From an uncultured Acidobacteriota bacterium (GTDB lineage Bacteria; Actinomycetota; Acidimicrobiia; Spongiisociales; ZC4RG35), in the NCBI GenBank assembly GCA_963828465.1, contig CAWHEU010000010.1:1-30286 (forward strand): a stretch of DNA of 30,286 bases. Reading direction: 5' to 3'. Within the stretch, counting starts at the first letter, position 1, and the number at the start of each line of letters is the position of its first letter. A program made the translations under genes and the position numbers. A model generated the notes under the pieces. That model was not told the DNA's origin, made no database searches, and saw nothing but the letters and a program-made list of their open reading frames with translations. This document shows positions 1 to 8,528 of this stretch, piece by piece.

Positions 1-1
1 T

Positions 2-334
2 GCGCTCTCGGTCATAGCCGCCGAGTTCGTCTTGCTTTCGATTGCCCTTGGAACGGTCCTCCTGGTGGTGCGTGGCCCCGGCTCGATGCTCGGCATGGTG
101 AGGAACGACTGGCGAAAGGCAGCCGTCGGGGGTTTCGCAACCGGCACCGCCTACCTGCTGGTCATGGTCGCCGCCCTGACTGCCCCGGTGGGGCTGGTCT
201 CCGGAGTGAGAGAAACATCAGTGCTGATAGCCGTGATCGCCTCGAGGTTTCTTCTCCACGAGGAGGTCACCAGATCTCAGATCGGGACGGTGACCGCCGC
301 CGTGGCCGGCATCGCCCTCATCGCCATCGGCTGA
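2..334 (+). CDS. EamA/DMT-family transporter, C-terminal part (5' end outside the window)
   Basis: Frame is open from the window edge. Hydrophobic helices with DMT-type C-terminal motifs (APVGLVSGVRETSVLIAV...LLHEEV...GIALI). Confidence 0.75.
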   Translation, partial: ALSVIAAEFVLLSIALGTVLLVVRGPGSMLGMVRNDWRKAAVGGFATGTAYLLVMVAALTAPVGLVSGVRETSVLIAVIASRFLLHEEVTRSQIGTVTAAVAGIALIAIG

Positions 335-343
335 GCCCCACGA

Positions 344-1075
344 TCAGACGACGTGGAGGGAATCGATTCCGGGCACCACGACCGTCGCCAGGATCGAGGT
401 ATCAGATGGCTGGTCTCCAACCAGCACGATGCCTGCCACCCCTGCAGCACGGGCCGCCTCAGCATCGACCCAGGAGTCGCCCACATAGAGCAGGCGAGCG
501 GGTTCCACGCCCAGGCGATGGGCGGCTTCGATCAGCGCGGCCGGCGCCGGCTTCGCGTCCAGCCCTTCGTCACCCGCCACTACGGCCTCGAGCAGCGGGC
601 CGACCGAGAGGGCCTCGATCGCCGAGTCGATGGCACTCCGGTCATCGCTGGAGACGATCGCCAGCCGCAAACCCGCTTCGTGTAGCGATCGGAATGTGCC
701 GGCCACATCCCCCAGGGCCACGAGGTTGCCCTTCTCCCCCGCCAATGCCGACATCTCCCGGGCACGGTCGGACGACGCCCTGGCATCGACCTCGCCGGCT
801 CCGTTGTCAAAGAGAGCCCTGAGGGTCGTCTCGTACAACTGCCCGACCGTACCGACAGCGAACAGCCCACCCCCGACCAGGTGCCCGGTGGCCAGTTCCA
901 ACCCGAGGCTGGCAGCCAACGTCTCCTCCAGAACCGGATCACCGGAAGCGGCGGTCATCACCCAGGCGAGAGCTGCCGGGCCCCATGCAGCATCGAGGTC
1001 GATCAGAGTTCCGTCCTTGTCGAACGCCACCGCATCGACATCGAAAACCACGTCACCGGCTTCGACCTGTGGCAC
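344..1075 (-). CDS. HAD-superfamily hydrolase (phosphoglycolate phosphatase-like)
   Basis: Motif I FDKDGT, motif II IVSS, motif III KP, motif IV VGDSWVD. Confidence 0.85.
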   Translation of the reverse strand: MPQVEAGDVVFDVDAVAFDKDGTLIDLDAAWGPAALAWVMTAASGDPVLEETLAASLGLELATGHLVGGGLFAVGTVGQLYETTLRALFDNGAGEVDARASSDRAREMSALAGEKGNLVALGDVAGTFRSLHEAGLRLAIVSSDDRSAIDSAIEALSVGPLLEAVVAGDEGLDAKPAPAALIEAAHRLGVEPARLLYVGDSWVDAEAARAAGVAGIVLVGDQPSDTSILATVVVPGIDSLHVV

Positions 1076-1082
1076 GCCGGAT

Positions 1083-2135
1083 TCAGGCCATCACCCAGCA
1101 GGCGTGGGAAGGGAAGGAGACCTGAGTGGCCTCTCCTGCCACCGGCAGCTCCAGCAGGCGCTCGTTGAACAGGTCCGCGGTGAGTCGGCCACCGTCCACT
1201 GCCACCTGGACCCTCACGATCGAGCCGAGGAAGGTGACGGATTCGACCGTGCCTTCGAGGACGTTCTCCTCTTCGGCATCGAGTGTGACCTCCTCGGGGC
1301 GCATCATCAGGGATACCTCGGCGCCCTCCGGCGACTCGATGAGTGATGTAGTGCGGATCTCGCTGCGGCCAACCCGAAGGCGGCCCAGGGCAGGATCGAC
1401 CACTGTTACCGGCAGACGGTTGAGCTGGCCCACGAAGGAGGCAACGAACCCCGTGGCCGGATTGTTGTAGATCTCGAAAGGCTCACCAACTTGCTCCATT
1501 TGACCCTTGCTCATCACCACGATGCGATCGGAAAGAGCCAGGGCCTCTTCCTGGTCATGGGTGACATAGACGGTGGTGATGCTGAGCTGACGCTGAATGC
1601 GCCGGATCTCGGCGCGGAGGTCGTCGCGGATCTTGGCGTCCAGAGCGGAGAGTGGCTCGTCGAGGAGGAGGAGCTGGGGACGGATCGCCAGCGCACGGGC
1701 CAGGGCAACCCTTTGCTGCTGGCCCCCGGAGAGCTCATTCGGGTACGCCTTGGCCTTGTCGGGGAGATGAATCAAGTCGAGGAGCTCGGCCACGCGCTCG
1801 CCCCGGGCGGCTCCCTCCTCTTTGCGCACCCTCAGGCCGAAGGCGATGTTCTCGGCAACGGTCATATTCGGGAAGAGCGCATACGACTGGAACACCATGC
1901 CGATGTTGCGCTCATTGGGCTTGGCGTAGGTGACGTCCTCCCCGGCCAGCCTGATCGTGCCGGCGGTGGGAGGCTCGAAACCTGCCACCATTCGCAGAGT
2001 CGTTGTCTTGCCACACCCGGATGGCCCCAGGAAGCTGACGAACTCTCCTGGCTCCACTTCGAGGTTGAAAGATTCGACAGCGACGACCCCGTTGAACTCC
2101 TTGCGCACGCCCTGGAGACTGAGAAACCCACTCAT
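1083..2135 (-). CDS. ABC transporter ATP-binding protein (PotA/FbpC-like, C-terminal TOBE region)
   Basis: Walker A GPSGCGKTT, signature LSGGQQQR, Walker B LLLLDEP, H-loop VTHDQ. Start ATG 2135 overlaps the permease stop (ATGA); the longer track ORF is a spurious extension. Confidence 0.93.
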   Translation of the reverse strand: MSGFLSLQGVRKEFNGVVAVESFNLEVEPGEFVSFLGPSGCGKTTTLRMVAGFEPPTAGTIRLAGEDVTYAKPNERNIGMVFQSYALFPNMTVAENIAFGLRVRKEEGAARGERVAELLDLIHLPDKAKAYPNELSGGQQQRVALARALAIRPQLLLLDEPLSALDAKIRDDLRAEIRRIQRQLSITTVYVTHDQEEALALSDRIVVMSKGQMEQVGEPFEIYNNPATGFVASFVGQLNRLPVTVVDPALGRLRVGRSEIRTTSLIESPEGAEVSLMMRPEEVTLDAEEENVLEGTVESVTFLGSIVRVQVAVDGGRLTADLFNERLLELPVAGEATQVSFPSHACWVMA

Positions 2136-2965
2136 CGGCGCTTCCCCGGTCGGCTGATGAGTGTGATCATCCCCATCGCCGCCCAGGTTATGGCGAAGGC
2201 GACGATCGCCATCGCCGACGGTTCGTAGACCTTGCTTCGGGTCAGGTTGGCCATGTATGGGCCAAACGTCTGTTGCGCCAAGAAGAGGGCGATGGTGAGC
2301 TCCCCGATCACGATGGCAAAGGTCAAGAGGGCGCCGGAGAGAACGGCAACCCGGAGGTTGGGGAAGATGACCCTGCGGAGGATCGTCGGCCAACCCGCGC
2401 CCAGGCTTTGGGCGGCCTCGGTGAGCGAGCGCACGTCCATGGCTCTGAGCCCGTTGTCCACCGAGCGAAACATGTAGGGGAAGGAAAGCGCGGCATAGGC
2501 ACAGACGAGGAGCACGCGCGAGCTGTCGTAAGTGGCCGTGAGCAGCAACGGAGGCCGGCCGTAGAGACGAAGCAGAGAGAAGACCAGCACGACGGCCGGG
2601 ATCACGAAGGGAAGGAGGGTTATGAACTCGACCACCGGGCGGAGCTTGGGGAGCTTCAGGGTCACCCAATAGGCGGTGGGGACGATGATGAGCAGGCTGA
2701 GGAAGATGGCCGCGATGGCGTTGATCACCGACTCGGTGAACGAGGGCCAGAAATTGGCGTCGTCGAAGAGCCGGCGATATGCCTCGAAACCGAGAGTCCC
2801 CTCGGTCGCCCGAAGCGACCACCAAAACGTCGCCCCCAGCGGGACGAGAAAGTAGAGCCCAGCGATCATGAGGATCACCCACGCCCAGAACCGGCTTGCC
2901 TTGGCCAGGGTCGGCGGAGCTTCGGCCTCGATTCCGACCGGGAGCGGCGTGGTGGAAATGGTCAT
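2132..2965 (-). CDS. ABC transporter permease (PotC-like)
   Basis: Multiple hydrophobic segments and EAA loop LTEAAQSLGAG. ATG 2965 overlaps the upstream stop (ATGA). Confidence 0.9.
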   Translation of the reverse strand: MTISTTPLPVGIEAEAPPTLAKASRFWAWVILMIAGLYFLVPLGATFWWSLRATEGTLGFEAYRRLFDDANFWPSFTESVINAIAAIFLSLLIIVPTAYWVTLKLPKLRPVVEFITLLPFVIPAVVLVFSLLRLYGRPPLLLTATYDSSRVLLVCAYAALSFPYMFRSVDNGLRAMDVRSLTEAAQSLGAGWPTILRRVIFPNLRVAVLSGALLTFAIVIGELTIALFLAQQTFGPYMANLTRSKVYEPSAMAIVAFAITWAAMGMITLISRPGKRR

Positions 2966-3876
2966 CCCAGCCACCTCTCCGAGCGGCGCTGCAGGACCGA
3001 ATAGATCACGATGCAGAGCGCCATGATGAACACCATTCCCATCGCCACGGCATAGCCGAGCCCCGGATTGTTGAGGACGTCTCCGGAGATCTGCTGACCG
3101 ATCAGCAGGGTGGCCAGCGGGATGGAACCGCCGGTGAGGGCGTACGCCGTGGCGTGGGCACCGAAGGCGTTGCCAAACAGCAGGATCATGGTTCCGAGAA
3201 TCGAGGGGAGCAGGACCGGGAATGCCACACGGCGCCAATACTGCCTGGGCGTGGCGCCGAGATTCTCAGCGGCTTCCCGCCAGTCCTGTTTCAGCCCGTC
3301 GATCGCAGGGAGGATGATCAGGACCATCAGTGGGAACTGGAAATAGAGGTAGACCACCGCCAAGCCCCAGAAGCTGTACAGGCTGAAGCCGGTGTCATAG
3401 AGATCGACGCCCATCCACTCGAACAATGCGGTGATCACTCCTACACGGCCCAGCGTGAAGACGAAGGCTGCAGCCAGCGGGACGCCGGCGAAGTTCGAGG
3501 CGACACCAGAGAAGGTGGACAGACCGGAACGGGTCGAACGCCCCAGACCGCCCATGGATACCGCCCAGGCGAGGAGGAAACCGAACACTCCGCCGACGAG
3601 GGCTGTGAGCAAGCTGAGCCGGATCGACATGCCATAGGCTGCGAGAACGTTGGCGTCGGTCAGCGCCCGGTAGTTGTCCAGGGTCAGGGTCCCGTCGGGG
3701 CCCTCCAGACTGCGGTAAGCGAGGACGATCGCCGGCGCGATGAGGAACATGCCGGAGAAGAGAAAGAACGGGAGGACTCCCAGCCAGCTCCCGAAGCGGG
3801 TTCGTGGGGGGCGCTTGGCGCCCCCCACTACCGTCGTAGATTGCGTCCGATCAGCCTCCGCTTGGGCTTGGCTCAA
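2962..3876 (-). CDS. ABC transporter permease (PotB-like)
   Basis: EAA loop WREAAENLGAT and multiple hydrophobic segments. TTG start is uncertain. Confidence 0.9.
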   Translation of the reverse strand: MSQAQAEADRTQSTTVVGGAKRPPRTRFGSWLGVLPFFLFSGMFLIAPAIVLAYRSLEGPDGTLTLDNYRALTDANVLAAYGMSIRLSLLTALVGGVFGFLLAWAVSMGGLGRSTRSGLSTFSGVASNFAGVPLAAAFVFTLGRVGVITALFEWMGVDLYDTGFSLYSFWGLAVVYLYFQFPLMVLIILPAIDGLKQDWREAAENLGATPRQYWRRVAFPVLLPSILGTMILLFGNAFGAHATAYALTGGSIPLATLLIGQQISGDVLNNPGLGYAVAMGMVFIMALCIVIYSVLQRRSERWLG

Positions 3877-5065
3877 CTGTCACACCAACCACGCTCGGCC
3901 AACCTTCGACGATGACCGCCTGAGCGGCGGCTATCTCGTCGATCGAAGGGAAGAAGGCGCCCTCGGTGCTGGGCAGCTGCTCAGCGACTTCGGGGGGGAT
4001 AGTGCCCGCCGCGGACATAGCCTCGAACCTGATCGGGTGGCAGTACCCCGCCGCCCAACCAAGTTGGCCTGCATCGGAGTACAGGTACTCCATCCACAGC
4101 TTGGCGGCGTTGGGATGGGGCGCATAGGCGCTGATCGCCTGCACATAGACACCTGCCATACGGCCTTCTACTGGCACCACGGTCTCGATGTCCGGGTTCC
4201 CGGCCAAAGTGACATCGTTGGCAATGGAGTTGTACGACCAGTCGATCAGAATCGGGGTCTCCCCGATTCCCACCGTGCGCGAGTCGCCATCGATTGGCAC
4301 GAAGTTGCCCGCATCGTCCAGCTGGGCGAAGAAGTCGAGCCCGGCCTGGGCCGCCTCTTCCCCGGTTGCTCCCGTGGCGAGCCCTGCGGCCCACACTGAC
4401 AGCATCGCGGCATTGGAGGTGAGGGGGTCGCCCGACAACGCCACCTGCCCGTTGTAAGCAGGGTCGAGGAGGTCGGCATATTCGGCCGGCGCAGCGGCCA
4501 CTTCGGCCGTGTTGACCTCTAGGGAGAGCACGCCGTAGTAGTCGCCATACCAGAACCCTTCGGGATCCTTAGCGCCCTCAGGGATCTCATCCCACGTCGA
4601 CACCATGTAAGGCTGGATCTGGCCGGCTTCTTTGGCCTGAGGCCCGAAGGCGAGACCGACGTCGACCACATCGGGTGCCTGTGGCCCCGGGTTCTCCTTG
4701 TTCGCCTCGATCGCCTCGAGTTCCTCGGCGGATCCGGCGCCTGGATCGAGCTCGTTGACTTCCAGGCCGTATTCCGCCTTGAAGCCCTCGATCACGGCCC
4801 CGTAGCCGCACCAGTCGTGAGGCAGGGCGATCGTGGTCAGCGTGCCCTCTTCCTGGGCAGCCGCAATGAGCTCCTCCATCCCGCCGGCGGCCGCCACTGT
4901 GGTCTCTGTGCTCCCGGCGGTCGTCTCGGTGGCGCCAGCCGTTGTTTCGGTAGCACCGGCCGTCGTCTCGGTGGCGCCGGCGGTGGTGCTGGTGCCTGTA
5001 TCGCCTCCACAGGCAGCCAGCAGTGCCGCCATGACGACACCGATGATCAGATATCTCTTCATCAT
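3851..5065 (-). CDS. ABC transporter substrate-binding lipoprotein (PotD/AfuA-like family)
   Basis: Signal peptide MMKRYLIIGVVMAALLAA-C (lipobox), RBS AGGGAG, Thr-rich linker, C-terminal APHPNAAKLWMEYL motif. Start is 5065 or 5062. Confidence 0.9.
   Translation of the reverse strand: MMKRYLIIGVVMAALLAACGGDTGTSTTAGATETTAGATETTAGATETTAGSTETTVAAAGGMEELIAAAQEEGTLTTIALPHDWCGYGAVIEGFKAEYGLEVNELDPGAGSAEELEAIEANKENPGPQAPDVVDVGLAFGPQAKEAGQIQPYMVSTWDEIPEGAKDPEGFWYGDYYGVLSLEVNTAEVAAAPAEYADLLDPAYNGQVALSGDPLTSNAAMLSVWAAGLATGATGEEAAQAGLDFFAQLDDAGNFVPIDGDSRTVGIGETPILIDWSYNSIANDVTLAGNPDIETVVPVEGRMAGVYVQAISAYAPHPNAAKLWMEYLYSDAGQLGWAAGYCHPIRFEAMSAAGTIPPEVAEQLPSTEGAFFPSIDEIAAAQAVIVEGWPSVVGVTVEPSPSGG
4898..4987 (-). 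repeat. In-frame 21-bp tandem repeat encoding (TTAGATE)x3-TTAGSTE-TT linker
   Basis: Four 7-codon units with synonymous codon differences, shortly after the lipobox Cys. Confidence 0.9.
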
Positions 5066-5095
5066 TCTCCCTTGGTTCAAATGACCGCTGGGCGG

Positions 5096-5101
5096 ATCGT
5101 A
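5096..5101 (-). promoter_or_regulatory. Putative -10 box (TACGAT) of the ABC operon
   Basis: TANNNT hexamer about 30 nt upstream of the SBP start, followed by an RBS. Confidence 0.45.
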
Positions 5102-5249
5102 CCCCTGCGTCATGCCCGCCCGCCTGGATTCGGGCGGCGCACAGAGGAGCTCAGGATGGCCGGCAGGAAAACAGCGCGTGAAAGCTGGATCACCGGCTCG
5201 GTCTCGCACAGCCTTTCTAAGAACCTTTAGGGATCAGAAGCGAAGGACA

Positions 5250-5350
5250 ATCGAGCTCGATCTCACTGTCAAGGGCGGGATGGTCGTCTCGCCCCGTGGG
5301 CGGCCTTCACCGACCTGGGAGTGCCCAGGGGGCGAATCGTTGCCGCGGGC
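5250..5350 (+). pseudogene. Vestigial N-terminal fragment of a metal-dependent amidohydrolase (dihydroorotase/allantoinase/hydantoinase type)
   Basis: IELDLTVKGGMVVSPRG, then after a frameshift near 5302, AFTDLGVPRGRIVAAG. This fits the D-L-x-I-K-G-G-x-V-V...D-I-G-I-x-x-G-R-I-x-A-x-G N-terminus of the family. No start codon and no catalytic domain. Confidence 0.55.
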
Positions 5351-5361
5351 TGCCGCTTGCT

Positions 5362-5367
5362 TACGAT
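5362..5367 (+). promoter_or_regulatory. Putative -10 box (TACGAT), leaderless NUDIX transcript
   Basis: TANNNT 6 nt before ATG 5374, with no SD sequence. Confidence 0.5.
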
Positions 5368-5373
5368 CTCCCG

Positions 5374-5940
5374 ATGGAATCAGAACACGATCCCCCTGCA
5401 GGATTGATCTCGAGTCAGCCCATCTACAAAGGTCGGGTTGTCGATCTCTCCCTCGACAGGGTGATGCTCCCCAATGGGAACCAGACCGATCTCGAGATGA
5501 TCCGACATCCAGGTGCGGCCGTCGTGTTGCCGATAGAGACTGGCGAAGACGGAGTCGACTATGCCCTCCTGGTCCGGCAGTACCGGTACGCAGCTGATGG
5601 CTGGCTGTTGGAGGTTCCGGGGGGCAAGCTGGATGGACCGGAAGACCCCGAGGTGTGCGCTCGACGCGAGCTGGAAGAGGAGATCGGGCATGAGGCCGGA
5701 GAGCTGATCGCCCTCGGTTCGATCCTGACCACCCCCGGGTTCACCGACGAGCGGATCTGGCTCTATCTGGGCCGAAAGTTGAAGCCGACCCGAGGGGGCC
5801 CTGCCCTCGAGGACGACGAGGTGTTGCAAGTCGAGCGTGTCCCGCTCTCCGAAGCCATTTCGCGAGCGATCGATGGCGACATCACCGACGCTAAAACGGT
5901 GGCAGCCCTGCTCCGGGCAGCGGCCATGCTCGGCATCTGA
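5374..5940 (+). CDS. nudF: NUDIX hydrolase, ADP-ribose pyrophosphatase-like
   Basis: Nudix box GKLDGPEDPEVCARRELEEEIG plus ADPRase features HPGAA, RQYRY, TPGFTDE, EDDE, DAKT. Confidence 0.85.
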   Translation: MESEHDPPAGLISSQPIYKGRVVDLSLDRVMLPNGNQTDLEMIRHPGAAVVLPIETGEDGVDYALLVRQYRYAADGWLLEVPGGKLDGPEDPEVCARRELEEEIGHEAGELIALGSILTTPGFTDERIWLYLGRKLKPTRGGPALEDDEVLQVERVPLSEAISRAIDGDITDAKTVAALLRAAAMLGI

Positions 5941-5950
5941 ACATCGGCGC

Positions 5951-6106
5951 TCAGCTCAACCGCTCCACCACCCACACGATGCCCTGGACGAGTCGCCACC
6001 CCAGGTAGGCGACGGTGAGGGCGATCATCAGCTTGAAGCTGAAGGGTGCCCGGACCTCTTCCGGTGGCTCGTCGGGATTGGTGTCGGGAAGGAACTCATC
6101 GCTCAT
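5951..6106 (-). CDS. Small single-TM hypothetical protein (51 aa)
   Basis: ATG 6106 overlaps the der stop (ATGA). MSDEFLPDTNPDEPPEEVRAPFSFKLMIALTVAYLGWRLVQGIVWVVERLS has an acidic N-terminus and a hydrophobic helix. Confidence 0.7.
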   Translation of the reverse strand: MSDEFLPDTNPDEPPEEVRAPFSFKLMIALTVAYLGWRLVQGIVWVVERLS

Positions 6107-7416
6107 CGACGCTCTCCTGCGCGCGACAAGATATGCAAGGGGTTGCCGGTGAAATCGGCCTCGTCCCTGAGACGGTTCTCGAGAAACCGTAGATAATCGT
6201 CCCCGAGCGTCCCGCCCGAGATGAATACCACGAAGGTCGGCGGGGCCGTGCCGGCCTGGACCACGTAGTGGATCTTGGGGCGACGACCCTTGCGAACGGG
6301 TGGCGGATGGGCCGCCGCCCATTTTCGCACTGCTCGATTGAGCTGACCGGTGGGGAGACGCGTGACCCGGCCCTCCAACACGGCCTCGATCGCCCCGGGC
6401 AGCCGCTGGATCCGCGCCCCCGTCTGCGCCGACATCCGGAGAACGGGCGCCCAACCCACGAAACCGAAGCGATCTGGCAACGAACGCTCGGTGAGCTCTT
6501 TCTGCTCATCGTCGAGGGCGTCCCATTTGTTGAGGATGATGACCAGACCGACCCCTGCATGAACCGCTTCACTGGCGATGCGCTGATCCTGATGGGTGAC
6601 ACCCTCGGTGGCGTCCACGAGAAGCAGGGCGACGTCAGCCCCCTCCAGCGCTTCGCGGGCACGCAGCACCGCATAGAAGTCGGCATCTTCTGTGATCTGA
6701 GGCTTGCGGCGGATCCCGGCCGTGTCTATCAACCGGTAGCGGGTCCCGTCCAGGTCGACGTCGACGTCGATCGGGTCACGCGTGGTCCCGGGAGTCTCGG
6801 AGACGATGACCCGGCGCTCGCCAACCAGCTTGTTCAGGAGCGTCGACTTGCCGACGTTTGGGCGACCGACGATGGCCACGCGAGGAACTTCATCCTCGCT
6901 CTCGACATCCGCCTGCTCAGGAAGCGCCCCTACGACCCGGTCCAGGAGCTCACCCACTCCCCTGCCGTGGTAGGCGCTGATGGGATGGGGCTCACCGAGG
7001 CCGAGACCCCAGAGACGGTCGATGTTGCCTTCCAGGGTCTCGTTGTCGAGCTTGTTCGCGGCGAGGACTACCGGGATCTCGGCCGATCTGAGGACCGAGA
7101 TCACGCCGGTGTCGTCGTCCGTGAGCTCGGCAGTCCCGTCCACCACGAAAATCACCGCGTCCGCGCCAGAAACCGCCGCCTCGGCTTGTTCCTTGATCGA
7201 GACTCCGAGCTGATCCGACGGCTTGATCTCCCAGCCACCGGTGTCAACCAGCACGAAATCGCGGCCCGACCAATCGCCGTCGAACTCACGGCGATCGCGG
7301 GTGACGCCCGAGAGCTCCTCGACCACCGCCGACCTCGAACCGATGATCCGGTTGACCAGGGTCGACTTGCCCACATTGGGGCGACCCACGACGACGACGA
7401 CGGGAAGTCTGCTCAC
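6103..7416 (-). CDS. der: Ribosome biogenesis GTPase Der (EngA)
   Basis: Two G domains (GRPNVGKS twice, DTGG/DTAG, NKLD/NKWD) plus a KH-like C-terminus. Confidence 0.97.
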   Translation of the reverse strand: MSRLPVVVVVGRPNVGKSTLVNRIIGSRSAVVEELSGVTRDRREFDGDWSGRDFVLVDTGGWEIKPSDQLGVSIKEQAEAAVSGADAVIFVVDGTAELTDDDTGVISVLRSAEIPVVLAANKLDNETLEGNIDRLWGLGLGEPHPISAYHGRGVGELLDRVVGALPEQADVESEDEVPRVAIVGRPNVGKSTLLNKLVGERRVIVSETPGTTRDPIDVDVDLDGTRYRLIDTAGIRRKPQITEDADFYAVLRAREALEGADVALLLVDATEGVTHQDQRIASEAVHAGVGLVIILNKWDALDDEQKELTERSLPDRFGFVGWAPVLRMSAQTGARIQRLPGAIEAVLEGRVTRLPTGQLNRAVRKWAAAHPPPVRKGRRPKIHYVVQAGTAPPTFVVFISGGTLGDDYLRFLENRLRDEADFTGNPLHILSRAGERR

Positions 7417-7428
7417 TGCGAGTCGAAG

Positions 7429-8478
7429 TCAAGCGCTGACGACGTCGAGAGCCTCGGTGGCGGTCCACTCGCGGTCCCCCTGCAGCCAGCCGTCCTTTCC
7501 CGGATGGCGGGCCGTGACTCCGGCCTCGACCAGGTTTTGGAGTGTGGTGACGAACGAGCGGAGCTGGGGTGGCAAGGGAAAGTACTCCTGCTCCTCTATC
7601 GCCGCCCACAACTCGAATCCCGATGTCGGGGCGAGACGATCGATCACCTCCTGCACGAGGTGATCGGGCGCCGAGGCGCCGGCGGTGAGCCCGACTACCG
7701 ATACATCCTCCAGCCAACTGGCGTCGATGTCATCGGCCGAATCGATGCGGTGTGCCGTCACCCCGTGGTCATGGGCCACCCTGACCAGGGCTTGGGTGTT
7801 GGATGAGTTGTGCGACCCGACCACCAGGACCAGGTCGCATTCCCCGGCAAGTTGCTTCACAGCTTCCTGGCGGTTGGTCGTGGCGTAGCAGAGGTCGGAC
7901 TTCCGTGACATCGCCAGATCGGGAAAGCGGACCCTGGCATCGTCCATAACTGCCATCCACTCATGGACACCGAGGGTCGTCTGGGCCAGGAGCGCGACCT
8001 TGGCCGGGTCGGCCGGGCTGTACTCCCCGAGACCGGTTTCCGGCTCGACCAGCCTTATCGCCGAGGGGGCCTCCGCGACGGTGCCGACCGCCTCATCGTG
8101 GCCCTCGTGACCGACATAGATGATCTCGAACCCGTCCCGGGCCATTCGCTTCACCTCGTGGTGGACCTTGGTCACCAGAGGGCAGACGGCATCAATCACC
8201 ACAGCCGCTCGGGCGGCCGCCCCGGCAACCACCTCAGGTGCCGAGCCGTGAGCGGAGAGCATCACCGGGGCCCCCTCCGGGACCTCGTCGATGTGGTTCA
8301 CGAACACGACACCGACTCCTTCGAACGCCTTCACCACCCACTCGTTGTGAACGATCTCGTGATAGCAGTACACAGGGCCGTCGAAGATGCGGGTCATCCA
8401 GGTGAGGGCCTTGATGGCCATGTCTACCCCGGCACAAAACCCCCTGGGCTCGGCAACGAGAACCCGTTCAACGCTCAT
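7429..8478 (-). CDS. ispH: 4-hydroxy-3-methylbut-2-enyl diphosphate reductase
   Basis: PRGFCAGV, IVHN, SAHG, DAVCPLV, HDE, DLCYATTNRQ, SSN, TAGASAP. Confidence 0.96.
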   Translation of the reverse strand: MSVERVLVAEPRGFCAGVDMAIKALTWMTRIFDGPVYCYHEIVHNEWVVKAFEGVGVVFVNHIDEVPEGAPVMLSAHGSAPEVVAGAAARAAVVIDAVCPLVTKVHHEVKRMARDGFEIIYVGHEGHDEAVGTVAEAPSAIRLVEPETGLGEYSPADPAKVALLAQTTLGVHEWMAVMDDARVRFPDLAMSRKSDLCYATTNRQEAVKQLAGECDLVLVVGSHNSSNTQALVRVAHDHGVTAHRIDSADDIDASWLEDVSVVGLTAGASAPDHLVQEVIDRLAPTSGFELWAAIEEQEYFPLPPQLRSFVTTLQNLVEAGVTARHPGKDGWLQGDREWTATEALDVVSA

Positions 8479-8528
8479 GGGTCAATGGTAGGTGGGGCCA
8501 GGATCCAACCGACCCTGGCTCGTAAGCC

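Noticed and set aside
2136-2882. Apparent long N-terminal extensions or fusions in track ORFs (ABC ATPase 599 aa, also scpA, dksA-like, GNAT, helY, tatC)
   Set aside because: The extensions are out-of-frame read-through of the upstream gene. Most true starts are marked by ATGA/GTGA overlaps and by where family motifs begin.
5066-5249. Riboswitch or regulator site upstream of the ABC operon
   Set aside because: There is a short GC hairpin (CCGCCCG/CGGGCGG, about 5117-5137) and a CCTTT pair (about 5212-5228), but no riboswitch consensus I recognise. Both lie upstream of the likely -10 box.
6268-7806. 512-aa + strand ORF and similar long antisense ORFs (e.g. 11396..12583, 2896..3915, 16475..17347, 23078..23956)
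   Set aside because: They shadow well-supported - strand genes, have no recognisable motifs, and are expected in high-GC DNA.
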